A stretch of DNA of 64,000 nt, taken from assembly GCF_041956535.1 (NCBI RefSeq), contig NW_027192212.1, forward strand, positions 409,129 to 473,128, given 5' to 3'. Of the stretch, positions 1-13,437 are shown piece by piece. Position 1 is the first letter of the stretch. Each line of letters starts with the position of its first letter. The translations under genes were made by a program, and so were the position numbers. This stretch comes from Calcarisporiella thermophila CBS 279.70. Its lineage: Eukaryota; Fungi; Calcarisporiellomycota. The notes beneath the pieces are model-generated. The model ran no database searches. It was given only the letters and a program-made list of their open reading frames with translations, and was not told the DNA's origin.

Positions 1-866
1 TGACCGATTGCCAGGCCTTCTACCGAGCCGTGCAGCTGCTAATGGCAATTCGGATCTTTCAGGGCACGCTGTCGCGCCAGCCCGGAGACCAGGCCCTGCT
101 CCGGGAGTTGGCCACCATGGGGCGAAACAACGACGACGTGGAGGCAGAGCTCTGGGTGGCTACTTTCCAGCTTGCCGATGCCATCATCACTCATCGCCTC
201 AATGACTCGGAGCCGCTGGTCCTCCGACTCGAAGCGCAGCTGGCCCAGGAGAGAGGACTCAACCGCATAGCGTTGCACGGCGTGCTTGCCGCATACCATG
301 CCCGGATGGGGCGTTTCAACATCACGCAGCGGCATTTCGTGCAGCTTGCCCAGCTCAAGGCCGAAATTGGGGGCTCGTCGAACACCTTCCCCATTTTTGG
401 CCTCAACTTCTGCACCATTGCGCTCTACGACCTGGTGGAGGCGGGTGTCTTCGCCGCGCAGGCAACCGTGAAGCGCCACTTTTTCGACGAATTCGTCGGG
501 TGGATCGTGAAGCTGAACCACATGTTCCAACAGGTCAAGTATTGGCAGTTCACCCAGCCATGCCTGTACCTTGCCCGTGCGCTGCCTTATCTCTCGACCG
601 GCCGCTTTGTGGAGGGCCATCTCGTGCTACACCATGGGCTGCGGGAGATGGACACCTCGCACGAAATCTTCTTTCTCAAGGCATACTATTTTGCAAAACT
701 CGGCCGGTATACCACCTCCCAGTCGGAGCGCGAGGAATGGACCGCACGTGCCAAGACGGAGTTCGAGAGACTGGGCATCGATAGCAACATCTACTGCGCG
801 ACCTTTGCCCCTCCCGCGGCGGAAATTAACGTGCCCGCCCCTAGCTCGCCCCCCTTCTTGTGGTAA
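1..866 (+). CDS. C-terminal part (5'-partial) of a large helical/TPR-like protein, probably a soluble adenylate cyclase type 10 (ADCY10)-like protein
   Basis: The frame is open from the window start to TAA at 866. The segment WQFTQPCLYLARALPYLSTGRFVEGHLVLHHGL...FLKAYYFAKLGRY resembles, from memory, C-termini of Mucoromycota ADCY10-like proteins. Cyclase domains are not in the window. Confidence 0.55.
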   Translation, partial: TDCQAFYRAVQLLMAIRIFQGTLSRQPGDQALLRELATMGRNNDDVEAELWVATFQLADAIITHRLNDSEPLVLRLEAQLAQERGLNRIALHGVLAAYHARMGRFNITQRHFVQLAQLKAEIGGSSNTFPIFGLNFCTIALYDLVEAGVFAAQATVKRHFFDEFVGWIVKLNHMFQQVKYWQFTQPCLYLARALPYLSTGRFVEGHLVLHHGLREMDTSHEIFFLKAYYFAKLGRYTTSQSEREEWTARAKTEFERLGIDSNIYCATFAPPAAEINVPAPSSPPFLW

Positions 867-1422
867 TTACAATAGGAGACACCACCATCCATCCCATTCT
901 GTGAAACCCTATGTTGTAATATTTTCGTGTTATATGCTTCCCTACTCATAAATTTAAAGTATTATTTTATTTAATAGAACCCCTTTCATTCTCTTTCTCC
1001 TATTTTTTTTTTTCAGTATTTGTATATGTATACCTCTTTGATTGGTTTTGTATTTCCTCTACTCCCCATTGTTGCATTTTATATTCTCCTCTCCGCTCGT
1101 GTGCTTTTCTTTTCATTCACTTCCACTTCCGCTTATTTACTAAAATTGTTATTTCGATCGGTCGAATAGTCATCGCCGTGCTCTCCCCACTCATGGTCAT
1201 ATTGGGAAAGCGGTGTCCACCCAATGAAGTGCATCGGACGAAAAATGTTAGGAAAATTAAAGACATATTAATTCATTAGATTACTAGAATAAAATTAAAG
1301 GTGATAGTACGAGAGAAATAGGTTTATAAGCACAAGAAGAGAATGCGAAAAAATAAACAGTGTAAGAGAAAGAGAGAGGAAAAAAAAATGCAAAAATGTT
1401 CCTATGGCCATGTCCCTCGCCC

Positions 1423-4375
1423 CTATCGCCCCAAAGCTTCCTTAATCTTGATCCTGAAGTTGTTGAGCTCCGGGATCGAAGTCCTGTCGAATTGCCTTGA
1501 GATTTGCGACGAGACCCGCGGGACTATGTTGTCCACAACAAATACAATATTCATCACAAGCGTCGAGGATTGATCCCGCGTTAGACTGCGTTGCGATCTG
1601 TCAGAGAGGAGGCGTTGCACATAGTTTTCCATCAAATTCTTTACGGTCGTCACGACCTTGTTATACAACTATGCATCAAAGGAGAGGAGGGAAGACGGGT
1701 TAAACAAGGCAATTGCTGGGAGAGAAAATGTGGGTGTGGGAGTTTACCCGAGGACGGCAGACGTAGCTCACTTCCTTGGCGAACTGGATGGCAATGTTGT
1801 AGAATTTGACCACGCTCGATGAAATTCTGATATCTTGCCCAAACGTTTGGGTTGACACCACCGAATAATCCTCCTTCACAAGGGCTTTTTCAACGCTCTC
1901 TACACTCCCCGCATATTGGATATCGATGACACGCTCAAGATCTGCGAGGATCAGCTGCTCGAGGAGAAATATAAGGTCTAAACCGACAGACCTCAACTAC
2001 CATAGTGATATGGAAGTCAACAACCATTATCCAAGTGACATAGAGGTGGGATCACTCGACTACTTACCCTTGAGCATTCCTTTTCAGCTCGCTCAAGACA
2101 TCTCTGAATAGTCCTTCCGCCCATATCGCCACTCGGAAGAAAAACTTGCTTTCGTAACACTACACAAAACCTCTCCACCTCCTCCTTCGCCCATTTGACA
2201 ATCGGCGAGCTCATTTTCCCATCTCTGAAGAATTCTTTATACCATTCACAAGTGGTTTTCATGAGAGAAAACGCCACCATGGCCATCTCCCCCACATAGT
2301 CCTCCACATCCCCCGTACACATCAGTTGTTTTACCCTCTGACGGATATGCGAACTCCTAGCGGAGAGAAAAGTGTCACGAGCTTCATCGCCAAAGCCGAG
2401 CCGCAATAGCCAGACAATGGTGCTGCGAGCACGTTCACGGGAAAGCGAAAAGATAGAAAGTTGGCGGAGGATCTCACGAGAGAGACGGTGGGTAGGATCT
2501 TCGAGGGAGAGTCGGAGTTCTTCGAGTCCAGGCGATTTCGAGGGAATATTGCCCAGAAGTGTCTTAGCTGCAAGTAAAATACATGCCCAAAATTTCAGTT
2601 ATTTTTTGGAGTAATTTTCACTAGCAATAACACATGGATATTACCATGTTCGATCTGTCCCACTGCCGTCTCGAATTCGTGCTGCCCAATGGCAACTTCT
2701 AAATCATTAAGCATATCGAACCACTCAGTATCGTCTGTGGCGAGATTTCCAGAGGCCACTTTCTGCAGAAGAAAATCATCAATAGAGCTTAACTTTAATA
2801 AATAGTGAGGAAGAGCACCTTCTCCATAGATATTCTCGTTCCACGCGCGAATTTTGAGGTTGCTCTCCCTTCCATCAGGTCATCCGTCGTCCGTTTAACC
2901 ATAACTAGCAAGCCTGCTTTCTCTTCCGGGCGTGTGGCCTGGTACAGAAGGGTGCTTTTTTTCCAAATTATTTTGAAAGCGTTCACTAGATCTGCGAAAG
3001 ACAGGTAGGTAAATGGACTTTTGTCTTTTTTTTTTTAGCAATAAATTTCCACTCACTTGAAGAATCCTTGATATCCTGCACCTCAATCTCACCAAGCGCC
3101 CAGCACTGTTCAGCCACCATCCGATATCTGGTTGTCTTTGCGTGCCTCTTTTTTCGTGCTGCTACAAGCAGACAGTCATTAAGTAAGATCATATGAACAG
3201 CCTGTTTAACTTGCAAAGTAACGGAGTGCAGCTCCAAAAAATTCGGGCTCTCTCGGACAATATGACGGTCCGGATGATATGGCAGCAACTTTTGCGCTCC
3301 TTCAATTGTTTGCCACAGTGCAGCCATCTGTGCCTTCCAAACCGAATGGATATCGGTCGTATTTTTAGTTTTCACTCCCGCTTGCTCGACAATACTCGAT
3401 GGTCCTATAAATTTGATATCAGAAAACGCATACGTATTGCTTAGGTGGACGAAGATTACCAGACAACAGTGATGTTTGGTCGCTATCCTCCTTCAATGCG
3501 TCTGCGGTGCTTTTAATTTCGTCTAGCATGCTTCGTAACGTCAATAGATCGCTCTCCACACGTAAAAAAGGAAAAAGTAGAGTTAAAGATAATCGAACTG
3601 TATCCACCATAGCAGGTATCATATATGTTATAGGGGGAAAATAAAAAAGGATATTTGAAATTTCTTTGGAAATCACTACGAATTCATTGTAGTTTTTATA
3701 TACATTGCGCTGCAAGTCTCCGCCAATCAACTGTTTAGTGTCAGCAAGAGATTTGAAGAACTTCCTTACACCCTCCTCGCTAACGTCCCCAAGGGTTTTA
3801 TGAATATCTATTAGAAAGGAATGTAAATACAAATGGTGGCTAAATTCAAGGTGGGTTATAGCCATACAGTCAACCGGATCGAAATGACGCGATATGAACT
3901 TATTCATATCTAACTTTGGCTCAACCGTTGGACGGGGAGGTGGAGGTTCAGCTTGAATGTGATCTCTTGCCATTGCCGCCTCTGCCACAGGTGCCCTCTC
4001 TCTCCTGGATGCATTCATAGACATTGCGGGAATAGGTGGAGGAGATTGATGTGGGGGCAACCCCTGGAATTTTGTGGTCGCATATGGTTGCGTTTGCAAT
4101 GTGGATATCTGTTGATACTTTGCATTGTTCTTCGCGGGTGCATCGAATTGCTTGTTGCCGTCCAATTGAGGAGAGTTGGAACCCGCTGCTTGTCTTAGTT
4201 TAGCCCACTTTTGACCGGCACGTTTGGCCGAAATTATAGCCGCTGGAGTGAAGTAGCGAGAGGACGAAGAGGTAGAATCGGGAGGAGGATGAGGCTCTGA
4301 AATAGTGGGAGGGGAGACTGGGGCGTCTAGAGGAAGACTTATTTCGCGTGTCTTTTTTGTGCGATTTTGTGACAT
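1423..4375 (-). CDS. EXO84: Exocyst complex component Exo84 (multi-exon)
   Basis: Vps51/Exo84 N-terminal motif LQRNVYKNYNEFVVISKEIS; PH domain (ILLNDCLLVAARKK); helical C-terminus (GFGDEARDTFLSARS, SVGLDLIFLL); GT-AG introns join the ORF pieces. Confidence 0.92.
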
Positions 4376-4907
4376 TAATTGAAATGTTAATAGAGATCAA
4401 TAAAGACTTGACCGATCCGACAAGCGCTGTAATAATACAAATGTAGGTAGTGGATACTAATGGAATGTGAGAAAGAAAGTATATAGGATTAATAAGGATG
4501 CTATAGTAAAATTACGTGACTTAGATAAGGGTTAGTGGACTTTGATTTGTTTTTGTTGCGGCGAACTTGAACAAAGAGACTAACGTCACATCCAGAGTAT
4601 TAATTAGAAGCCGAATTCTCAGTGTAAGACGAAAACGACGCCTTCTCTCTATCTGCTACTGAGAGGGGTATTTATGTTGAAGAATGGAGATATTATGACT
4701 CTAACTTCATAGCTATACACTTTTTTTCATAAATCCTAGTCCTATTTTATCGATCTCTAGTGCCATTCCTCCTAATTTAATCCTTATATCCGAGTGATAG
4801 CCCGCGTATCCAAAATTTATCCTGAACTGAAATTTTTTTATGCGGCGCTTTCTTTCTTTCTTTTTATCATCTTGTAAAATTGATAATTTCGCTACTCTAT
4901 ATTACTA

Positions 4908-5906
4908 ATGTCGGACGCGCAGCCTCAACCTTCTTCTCCCGCTCTCCAACAGTCGGCTTCGAAGCCGATTCAAGTGAAGCTTGTTCTGCTTGGTAGGTTA
5001 AATGCATTTGCTTTGTCGAAATAGGTGCTTTTGTTGCCTCTTGGCACCTTTAGGATGATTTATTGGGTGCTTATTTTTGATAATTATCCGTGTACAGGTG
5101 AAGCTGCTGTCGGAAAATCCAGTCTGGTTCTTCGATTTGTGAACAATGAATTCCAAGAAAATAAGGAGCCCACTATCGGAGGTACTAATAAATCACTTGT
5201 ATATTGGATTTTGTAATCGTTTTCTGATGAGTTTATTCGCAAAAAGCCGCTTTTTTGACCCAGAAATGTCGACTTGAGGATAGAATCTTAAAATTTGAGA
5301 TCTGGGACACTGCAGGCCAAGGTATGCGCTTCACCCCGCAAAGGTGTACTTTCAAGTATTCTGACCTTTAGCCATCATAGAGCGATTCCACTCCCTTGCC
5401 CCTATGTATTACCGCAATGCACAGGCTGCAGTCGTTGTATACGATGTCACCAAAGCAGTAGGTTTTATGCCAGCTTTTCTCTGTCTTAACATAGTCATCT
5501 AATGATTTTTTTACACTAGGCATCTCTGGATCGCGCCAAATCTTGGGTGAAAGAACTACAGCGCCAAGCTAATCCGAATATTGTAATTGCCCTGGTCGGA
5601 AATAAACTTGACTTGGTTGATGCCTCAAATGGAGAGGCACTGGATGTGCGACAGGTTGCGAGCGAGGATGCGCAAGCGTATGCAGAAGAAACCGGCCTCC
5701 TGTTTTTCGAAACGAGCGCAAAAACCGGTCAGGGTGTAATGGACGTATTTACGGAAATTGCAAAGAAAATTCCCCTTGAACACATTCTTTCTAGCTCCCG
5801 TGCGAACCGTGCGACCACTTCTGGCCGTGTGGATTTACTACGCGAAGGGGGTGGATTTGGGCGTGCACGAGGAGAGGCACAGGGTAATAATGCCTGTGCT
5901 TGTTAA
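4908..5906 (+). CDS. VPS21: Rab5-family GTPase (Ypt5/Vps21/Ypt52-like), multi-exon
   Basis: [21 protein letters not shown], effector [37 protein letters not shown]-terminal CAC prenylation motif. Exact Rab5 paralogue is uncertain. Confidence 0.93.
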
Positions 5907-6288
5907 CTAGATTTTATACTGTTGCTTCTCTCTTCCTTTTGATATTTGTGGTTTCTTTTCTGTAAATTTCTTCTATGTATCCCCTCCATTCACATTTCTT
6001 AAAGAAATTTGACTAAATAAGAGATATATATACGAATTAGCCTTTGCCTAAATACAGTAGGCCTATTCTCCCCTCTTCCCTCCTTCCCTTCTCTTCCCCC
6101 TTCTCAATTTTTTTTTTGTCTTTACCTTCCCTTTTCTTTGTTTTCGTTTTATTTTTCATACGAATCGAAATACCGCTCTACTTCAAAACAGCTCTATTAA
6201 AATTTTCCGGCACGTGTGATTTAATGTGTAAAATCTCCGTTAGAGGAAACATAAAATTACATGTTTTTCCAATTACACTCTTTACGAA

Positions 6289-7139
6289 ATGGGTCACTTG
6301 CTGACGGCCAGCCTGGTTGGAAGCACCGTTGCCCTTGTCGCGGGTCTCTCCACCGCAATTCCCACTTATCTTGTACTTACAGGGCAAATCTCCGCTGACA
6401 CCCTTGCCAAGATATGTGGACAAGTTTATAGGCAATATAGTGGGAAAGTAGACGAAGGGAAATGGATTTGGCGGAGCGTAACAAAGAAGTATATATGTGT
6501 TATAATAGGGTAGAATAAGAGAATGTGGGCATGACTAGGCGTTATTACATATAGCCATATGCCTGTAGACGCCTATTGTGCCGGGATGAACAATGGACGT
6601 CGTGTATATGTGGGAAGGTGGACTTTAGTGCTCTTTCTAGTAAATAGATTCAAAGTGAACATTTACATATACTTATGCATTCCGCTGCAATTTAGAGTCG
6701 AGTTTGCGGGCGAAGTATATGTAGGCTCAGTGATGCAAGATAAGGGACTTGCTACAGTGCTAAGAGGTCAAGAAGTCATCCTCACTGATTACGAGGTACT
6801 TTGTGGTGATTACTCGCACTTCCAGTGGATAATATCCCCGAATCTTAAGGCTCATTCACTGATTGAATGTGGGAAAGGAGTAAGTTGCTTACAATGACTT
6901 TTCATAAGACAAGATGATACAATCAAACTTTTGATTCCCATTTCTAGCTCTATATATGCAAAGTTCAATGCCCCCATGCCCTTGAGAAATCCTGGCTACC
7001 AAGGCTAGTTGTCCGGCAACGTAGTATCAAATTTCATATCGGCTGTGTACGTGCAGGTGTGGGGGCAAAATTTTGCTGCCGTGGGAGAGAAACAACCAGC
7101 GATGAATGTGTTGGAGTGCTTTCTTTTAAAAACAGCTGA
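6289..7139 (+). CDS. DM9/DUF3421-repeat protein with N-terminal hydrophobic segment (spliced)
   Basis: Exons encode DAYCAGMNNGRRVYVGR/VEFAGEVYVGSV...EVILTDYEVLCG..FQW and a second unit LYICKV...HIGCVRAGVGAKFCCRGRE, ending at TGA 7137-7139. The pattern matches DM9 repeats. Confidence 0.6.
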
Positions 7140-7303
7140 TAGGTATACCTTGTTATATGTAAGCTCTCTTTTTCTATATATAATTGCTTCATTTACTCAG
7201 ATGATCATTTGAAAGCGAAATTTTTGAATTAACGAATTCGATGTATATATACACGAGTAAATATATTCTAAAATCACCAAAGTACAACGAAACACTTTTG
7301 CCA

Positions 7304-7634
7304 TTACTTATTCTTGGTTTGACGGTATGTGAAGCGCTTCCGGGTAGGCGCAAATTCTCCCAACTTGTGACCTACCATTTCTTCCGATATCTCAACTGGC
7401 AGATAATCGCGGCCATTATGAACCAAAAACTTGAGGCCGACGAATGAAGGCAAGATCGTACATGCTCTTGCTGTAGTAATAATTAAATAAATAAATAAAA
7501 AATGACATGGAAAAGACAAAATTATAGAAAATAAGAATTATACCTTGAGTGGCTATGGGAGTACTATTTTTGATGGCTTCTTTAAGGCCGGGAAACTGCA
7601 CAAAAAATGGCCCTTTCCAAGCAGCTCGTGGCAT
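7304..7634 (-). CDS. RSM19: Mitochondrial ribosomal protein uS19m, one intron
   Basis: [11 protein letters not shown].../[45 protein letters not shown] is the S19 signature. Confidence 0.95.
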
Positions 7635-8348
7635 CTTGTGTAAATCTTGAATCCGTCTTTGATGACAGTCGAAAATAATTGTTTTGTTTTAAAAAATGTC
7701 ACAGAGCAGTCACATTAGCAGTGATCATTGATTCCAACTGACAAATATTTTACTACATTAAAACAGTATTTTAACAGAAAACTAGTTGAATGCTTGCCTT
7801 TACTCCTTTAGTGTATATATCCCCTTAATGTATATATTTACATATTTTTTTTCTTGAAACACCTTGAACGGAGATATTTCTTATCATCTACATTTATCAG
7901 TCCCATTGGGCGATATTAGAGTAAAATAAGTCAAAATCTGTACTAAGATTGAGATTAAAGTATTGTTTGTCATCGACTTAATTAGTCGCAAACATGGATA
8001 CAATATTACAATGTAAATTGATGAGAGTAATCTTAAAGTTAAGGACAGGTTCATAAAACTTTTTTATACAAAGTTACATTATGCGATTCCACTATTAACA
8101 ACAAATCCCTGCGCATAATCCACATGGCATCAGCTTTGCTATAAGAATATGTTCATCGCCACAGGCGCCATTATCATACAATGTTGGATCGAATTCCATC
8201 TGCCGCTCAGATAAGATGGTTTCCTGTGGAATTCTGGTTCGATGTAGTATCTCTACACTTTCTCTTCCGTATATACACAAGCTGAATCCCGAGCGAGACA
8301 CTCTTAGGTTCACCACCTCCCATACAGCATGTATCCACTATTACTAGT

Positions 8349-9038
8349 CTAAGATCTGATAGTTATCGCCCCCGTGTTTTTTTCATGGGACTCTGATGGA
8401 TGATAAGAGATCGTTGATCCAGTTTCCATTTGTGAAGGCTTGTGTACTCCGTGATGTTCAATTTCGTAACTTAAGGCAAGTGAACAAGCTTCGCTCAAAG
8501 TACTCGGTGACTTCATTCGAACTTGGAACCGGCAGTGGTGTTTCAAGCCATCAATGAAACGCTCTAGTGCGGCATCCTCAGTAAGTTGGAGGCGGTGAGT
8601 AAGATCCTGGAACTGCTCAATATATTCATTAACTGAATGATCCTGACGAAGCATTTTTAAGCGCTGGCGCAGAATCTGTTGACATTCCGTGTCGAAAGAT
8701 GGTTCGAAATGTTCCTCAGCCGAACTCGTGCTTGATGTTTCCTGAATATCATCTAATGGAGTTGCGAGTTTGCAAGGTGAGACATTGGAAAGGGTCTCTT
8801 TGAGATCGCTAGAAGGATTGGGTGAGATGTCCTGGTTTCCCAAGGAGTTGATCTGGGCACAGGATGCCACCGCTTTACTTTTTACCACTGCTGGTGATCT
8901 TATTCTTTTGCCTAGGTCATGGGATTTTCCAGCACGACTTACAAGAGTTGTGTTACAAGGCTGTTTTCTCAACTCTTGTTTATGCCGAATAAGCCTAGAG
9001 AATGCTAAGATGAATTGAGAAATTGAGATTGGATCCAT
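8349..9038 (-). CDS. Orphan Ty3/gypsy Gag capsid-domain ORF (relic or domesticated)
   Basis: LRQDHSVNEYIEQFQDLTHRLQLTEDAALERFIDGLK...PSTLSEACSLA matches the retrotransposon Gag major homology region and capsid CTD, followed by PSQMET (PxPME-like). No pol or LTRs seen. Confidence 0.75.
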   Translation of the reverse strand: MDPISISQFILAFSRLIRHKQELRKQPCNTTLVSRAGKSHDLGKRIRSPAVVKSKAVASCAQINSLGNQDISPNPSSDLKETLSNVSPCKLATPLDDIQETSSTSSAEEHFEPSFDTECQQILRQRLKMLRQDHSVNEYIEQFQDLTHRLQLTEDAALERFIDGLKHHCRFQVRMKSPSTLSEACSLALSYEIEHHGVHKPSQMETGSTISYHPSESHEKNTGAITIRS

Positions 9039-9937
9039 TGAGTTATGTGAAGGATATGTTGATACTGCAGCATGAAATCAATACATATTTCAATTGATGT
9101 TATGGGTTTCCACGATTTATTCAGGGTTTTCCGGGGTTTTAGTTTTAAATTGTTTTAATCTAGAATTTGATTCATACGCGCTTATTCGATCGAAACTGCC
9201 AACTCCGATACTATGTAATTATTAAGATCCACCAGAATTACTACTCCGATTGAGGGGTGGTCAAAACTTCTTCAGCAATATCAGCTTCCATTTTATAGTA
9301 CAATAGACAATACTTCCATCTATTCCATTAACTCTTTATTATTTTCAGGCATATGACAGGATAGCTTAGTATTAGTTTAATATTATTAAGTTATGGAATA
9401 GATAAGTGGAATTTTCCATATTAAATACAAAATAATCACAAATCAAAAATTTTCGAAATTAATTGAACATAACCCCTTGAATACTATGAAAAGAAAAAAA
9501 ACATAAATCGCTACATCTATATATTTGCGAGAATATAAGTAGCATATTATAACCCGTGTTGTTTTCGAGTTTAAATGATTTATACTGAATATACTATATT
9601 GGAGTAATCTTTACCTAATATTTTATGTGTCCAAGTAAATTATATAACATAATACAATAGTATTAAATGTCCTTTTGTCGCAAACTCGATCAGAAGAAAT
9701 GCAAAGATAATTCATTAGGCACCATTAACTTTGTCTTTTGCAAATTCCTTATAATAAGGGAGTATAGTGAATATGAAAGAACCATTTACTTAATAAATAT
9801 TGTAGAATAGCTTGAATAGAATACAAGGTAAAAGTCTGTTTGAGCTCTTTGTATTAAAATGTTTTCATTTTTTGAAAATAATGTAAAAATTCTTTGTATA
9901 TAATCTTGTCAATTTCGATTATTTCAACAAGCTGAGC

Positions 9938-10009
9938 GGACGGCTAGCTCAACGGTAGAGCGTGAGACTGCAGATCTTAAGGTTTCGGGTTCAAATCCCG
10001 AGTCGTCCT
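9938..10009 (+). tRNA. tRNA-Cys(GCA)
   Basis: Cloverleaf: acceptor GGACGGC/GTCGTCC, D arm GCTC/GAGC, anticodon loop CTGCAGA, T arm TCGGG-TTCAAAT-CCCGA, U73 discriminator, followed by a T8 Pol III terminator. Confidence 0.96.
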
Positions 10010-11017
10010 ATTTTTTTTAACCAGTTTAGAGGAAATGGGACGAGAAGTCAATTCCTTCAATCTTGTGTGGATATGATGACCTTTACAAAATAGCATTTAA
10101 TTTCTAACGATAAAACTGGAGGGTATTCTCTGGATATTATTTTTTTTTTCAATTACAAGCCCGCAGTTTTGACTGTTTCAAAATATAAAAAGGACGAATG
10201 TTCCATTGACAGTTGTACTGGACACAAACATTTAAACTGAATCGATCGTAAAAAGAGCTCCATGGTACATATTAGCGAGAAAATATATATTGGAAATGTG
10301 TTGAAAAGGCTTGATATTCCTAATCTTTAATAAGAAAGCTATTTTGCCCACGAATGTTTCAAGATCTTTGCTAATGCAAGTAAATGATTGAAATGACGAT
10401 ATTCAGCTGCCTTTCTTAAAACCTGTTTATTACAAAATGGCTTTTAAAACACGAGCTCAAGCGGATTAGAAGATGAAGATTGAGTCATAAGATATTGTGT
10501 GGCTTACACTTTACTTCCTTTGTAATTTGCAATATGGTATATTATACGGGGGAAAAAACAAAATCCCGACTAACGACTGAATAGCCAATGGTATTTTGAT
10601 TAGTATAGTGAGCTTTCTCTACAACTTACTTGCTGACTTAGCTAGTATACTTACTCTCAAATAACTGAATTATGCCTTTTATTCATCCATCCATTCATGG
10701 ACGTTTCAAGAGTCAATTGACTCCATATTTCTACGTGCCATTGCTCTATTTATCGAATCTCACGCTTTGAGGGTGCGATCTCAGTTGCTAATTGGTGACT
10801 CAAGAAACAATGCTGTGGAAAGTGCGATTGGCCTATTGGGAATTGCAATGTTTTTATATCGTTGATGAAGATCGGTCAGTGTATAAGTTTTTCCGTATTA
10901 AGGTTTTTGTTATCCTCTCTAATATCGGTTTGTGTTAATACTCACAACATTAGTAAGCGCAAACTGATATATATTTGTATCTCCCTGATTTTTAGCGCAT
11001 TAAATACTCTTGGCTGA

Positions 11018-12879
11018 ATGCATGTGCGAAATACTTCACCCTCGGATGCCCCTGTATCCAAATCCCAGGAGGCATCTAGAATTGATGTTGAAGAGAACGG
11101 AAATTTGGCCATAAAAGAAGGGAGGAAGAGCGAATGTAAGAAGTTAGATATAGCGGGTTATAAATTGGAGCAAAAATCATCGCATGATGCTGAAAAGCCG
11201 GATAATGATCTAGACAACAAGTGTGTTGTTGACTTGGGAAATGTACCGAGTTACTCGTCTGAGGATACTGCTAAGAACAACAAGTTGGATGAGGAGGATG
11301 CAATTTTACCGTTTGACCACCCGCGTGGGTGGTTTGTAGTGCTCTCTTCTTTTCTCGTCAATTTCTATTGTTTCGGAACAACTTACTCCTGGGGAGTATA
11401 TCAAGAATATGACCTGAGCACCTTTTTCGCAAACCGATACACAACCCTGCAGCTTTCATTTATTGGATCACTGAGCAATGGCCTAATGATATCCCTAGGA
11501 ATTTTTGTCGATATTTTAATGCGACATATTGGATATCGGAAAACCATGCTCATTGGTTGTGCATGCACTACGGGAGCTTTTATTTTGGCCAGTTTCTCAA
11601 CAGAGGTAAGTCGTTGATGAGCCAACCCGCTTCTATATATCTGCTATATGTGTATACGCCTTCATAGCTTTGGCAACTCTACCTTACCCAGGGGATATTA
11701 AATGGGATTGGCACATCCTTGTGTTTCTTTTCTTCTATCACGCTGCCTGCTCAATATTTCCTCAAGCGAAGAGGACTCGCGACTGGACTCGCGGTTTCTA
11801 GCGGAGGTATTGGAGGTTTAGCCCTATCGCCAATGGTGCGCACGCTAATCGACAAAGTCGGGTATCAATGGTCGCTTCGCGTACTGGCTTTCATAGGATT
11901 GGGGTTGCTTCCTATTGCGTCCATCTTCGTGCGTCCTCGACTCAGGACAGCGAGACCAAAATCTAATAAGAAGGCGAAGTTGGTGGACTTCTCCTTCATG
12001 ACCCCACGCCTAGTCCTACTTGTTGGGTGCGGCTTTTTCATCAGTTTTGGATTTTTCACTCCCTTCTTTTATGTCAATACCTTTGCACTTCATATCGGCG
12101 TGGATCGTACTTTGGCCGCTACACTTACAGGTAGATTTTGACATGAGAGAAGCATGATGAAATACCGATTTATATCCACATTCTTTAATAGGGGTGATGT
12201 CCGGAGTCAATAGCTTGGCGCGGGTAGTTATTGGACTTTCTGCCGATTATTTGTAGTGTATTTGTAAATGTTCTTCAAACATGTGCTCACTAATAACTTG
12301 TTGCACGACTTTACTATATTCTGGTTCTCTAGTGGACGAGTCAACACAATGCTCTGGAGCACCATGGTTTCCGGGTTGGCCGTAATGATAGTATGGCCAT
12401 TTGCCAATTGCCTAGGGATTCTTGTAGTCCTCACCATATTATATGGATGGTTTGGAGGTGAGAGTTAGCTTATCTTTTTAACAGTTCTGCAATATCAAAA
12501 AATACGCGGACTAAACAATTATCATCGACTTCTTGCGACCCCCCTTAATAGGAGCATTTATTTCATTGTATTCTGTAATCATCGCTGATCTTGTCCCTCC
12601 TTACGCTATCAACACTGCCGTCAGCCTAATCTACACCGTTTTTATTTTTGGATATGTATTCGGTAAGTGAATAGTATTGCTCTGAATATTCAAACTCTGA
12701 CTTTTCACCTGTTTTCAACGCTACCAGGTCCCCCTATATCTGGTGCATTATTAGACATGACCGGAAGACAAAATTATATTCCACTTGCGGAATTTGCGGG
12801 AGCAGTAACCGTGGTAGCCTCACTCTTCATTCTTGCGCTTCGGTTCTCTCTTGACCGGAATTTGTTCAAGAAATTCTGA
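11018..12879 (+). CDS. MFS monocarboxylate-transporter family (MCH/SLC16-like), copy 1, multi-exon
   Basis: PFDHPRGWFVVLSSFLVNF, AQYFLKRRGLATGLAVSSGGIGG, GPPISGALLD; hydrophobic exons joined by GT-AG introns. Confidence 0.92.
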
Positions 12880-13437
12880 TCAAATACGGACCAACCTCTC
12901 CTCCGAGATTTTCATCAGTGTCTTGCTTCAACGGATTAATGAAAATTATAATTGTATTGTATTTATATTTATTTACATTTCCCCACATTTTTCTAATAAA
13001 AAATACCACCAAATATCCCAACTCGGAAATCCCTGTTGGGGATAACCATAGCACCAACCTCCCACGTGATAACTTTGAACTATAGAGAAAATCCGCACTA
13101 GACTTAGTAGGAGGGTTTCGGTCTGTGAAACCCGTCTGTACATGAGAAAAAGTAACTGGCAAACACAAACTAATCGCAAAATTCGCGGCAGCACAGATGC
13201 TAAGAAAAATGATTTATTTAGTCCATTGAATCAACAAGTATACAGAACAGATTTCGGCCAATTACCGACTACTCTTGAAAAGGTTTTGTATTTAAATTTC
13301 GTGCTCACTTAATTAAGTTAACAATACAAACCTTTAAAACCTTTCATGTATACACCTTTCTATTATCTGTCTACTACTGCTGAACTAACTAAAGGGTATA
13401 ATCAGTGTAGAGCCAACCCCATCCAATTATATGGAAA

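Noticed and set aside
7700-9900. LTRs flanking the Gag ORF
   Set aside because: No long direct repeats or TG...CA bounded pair recognised by eye.
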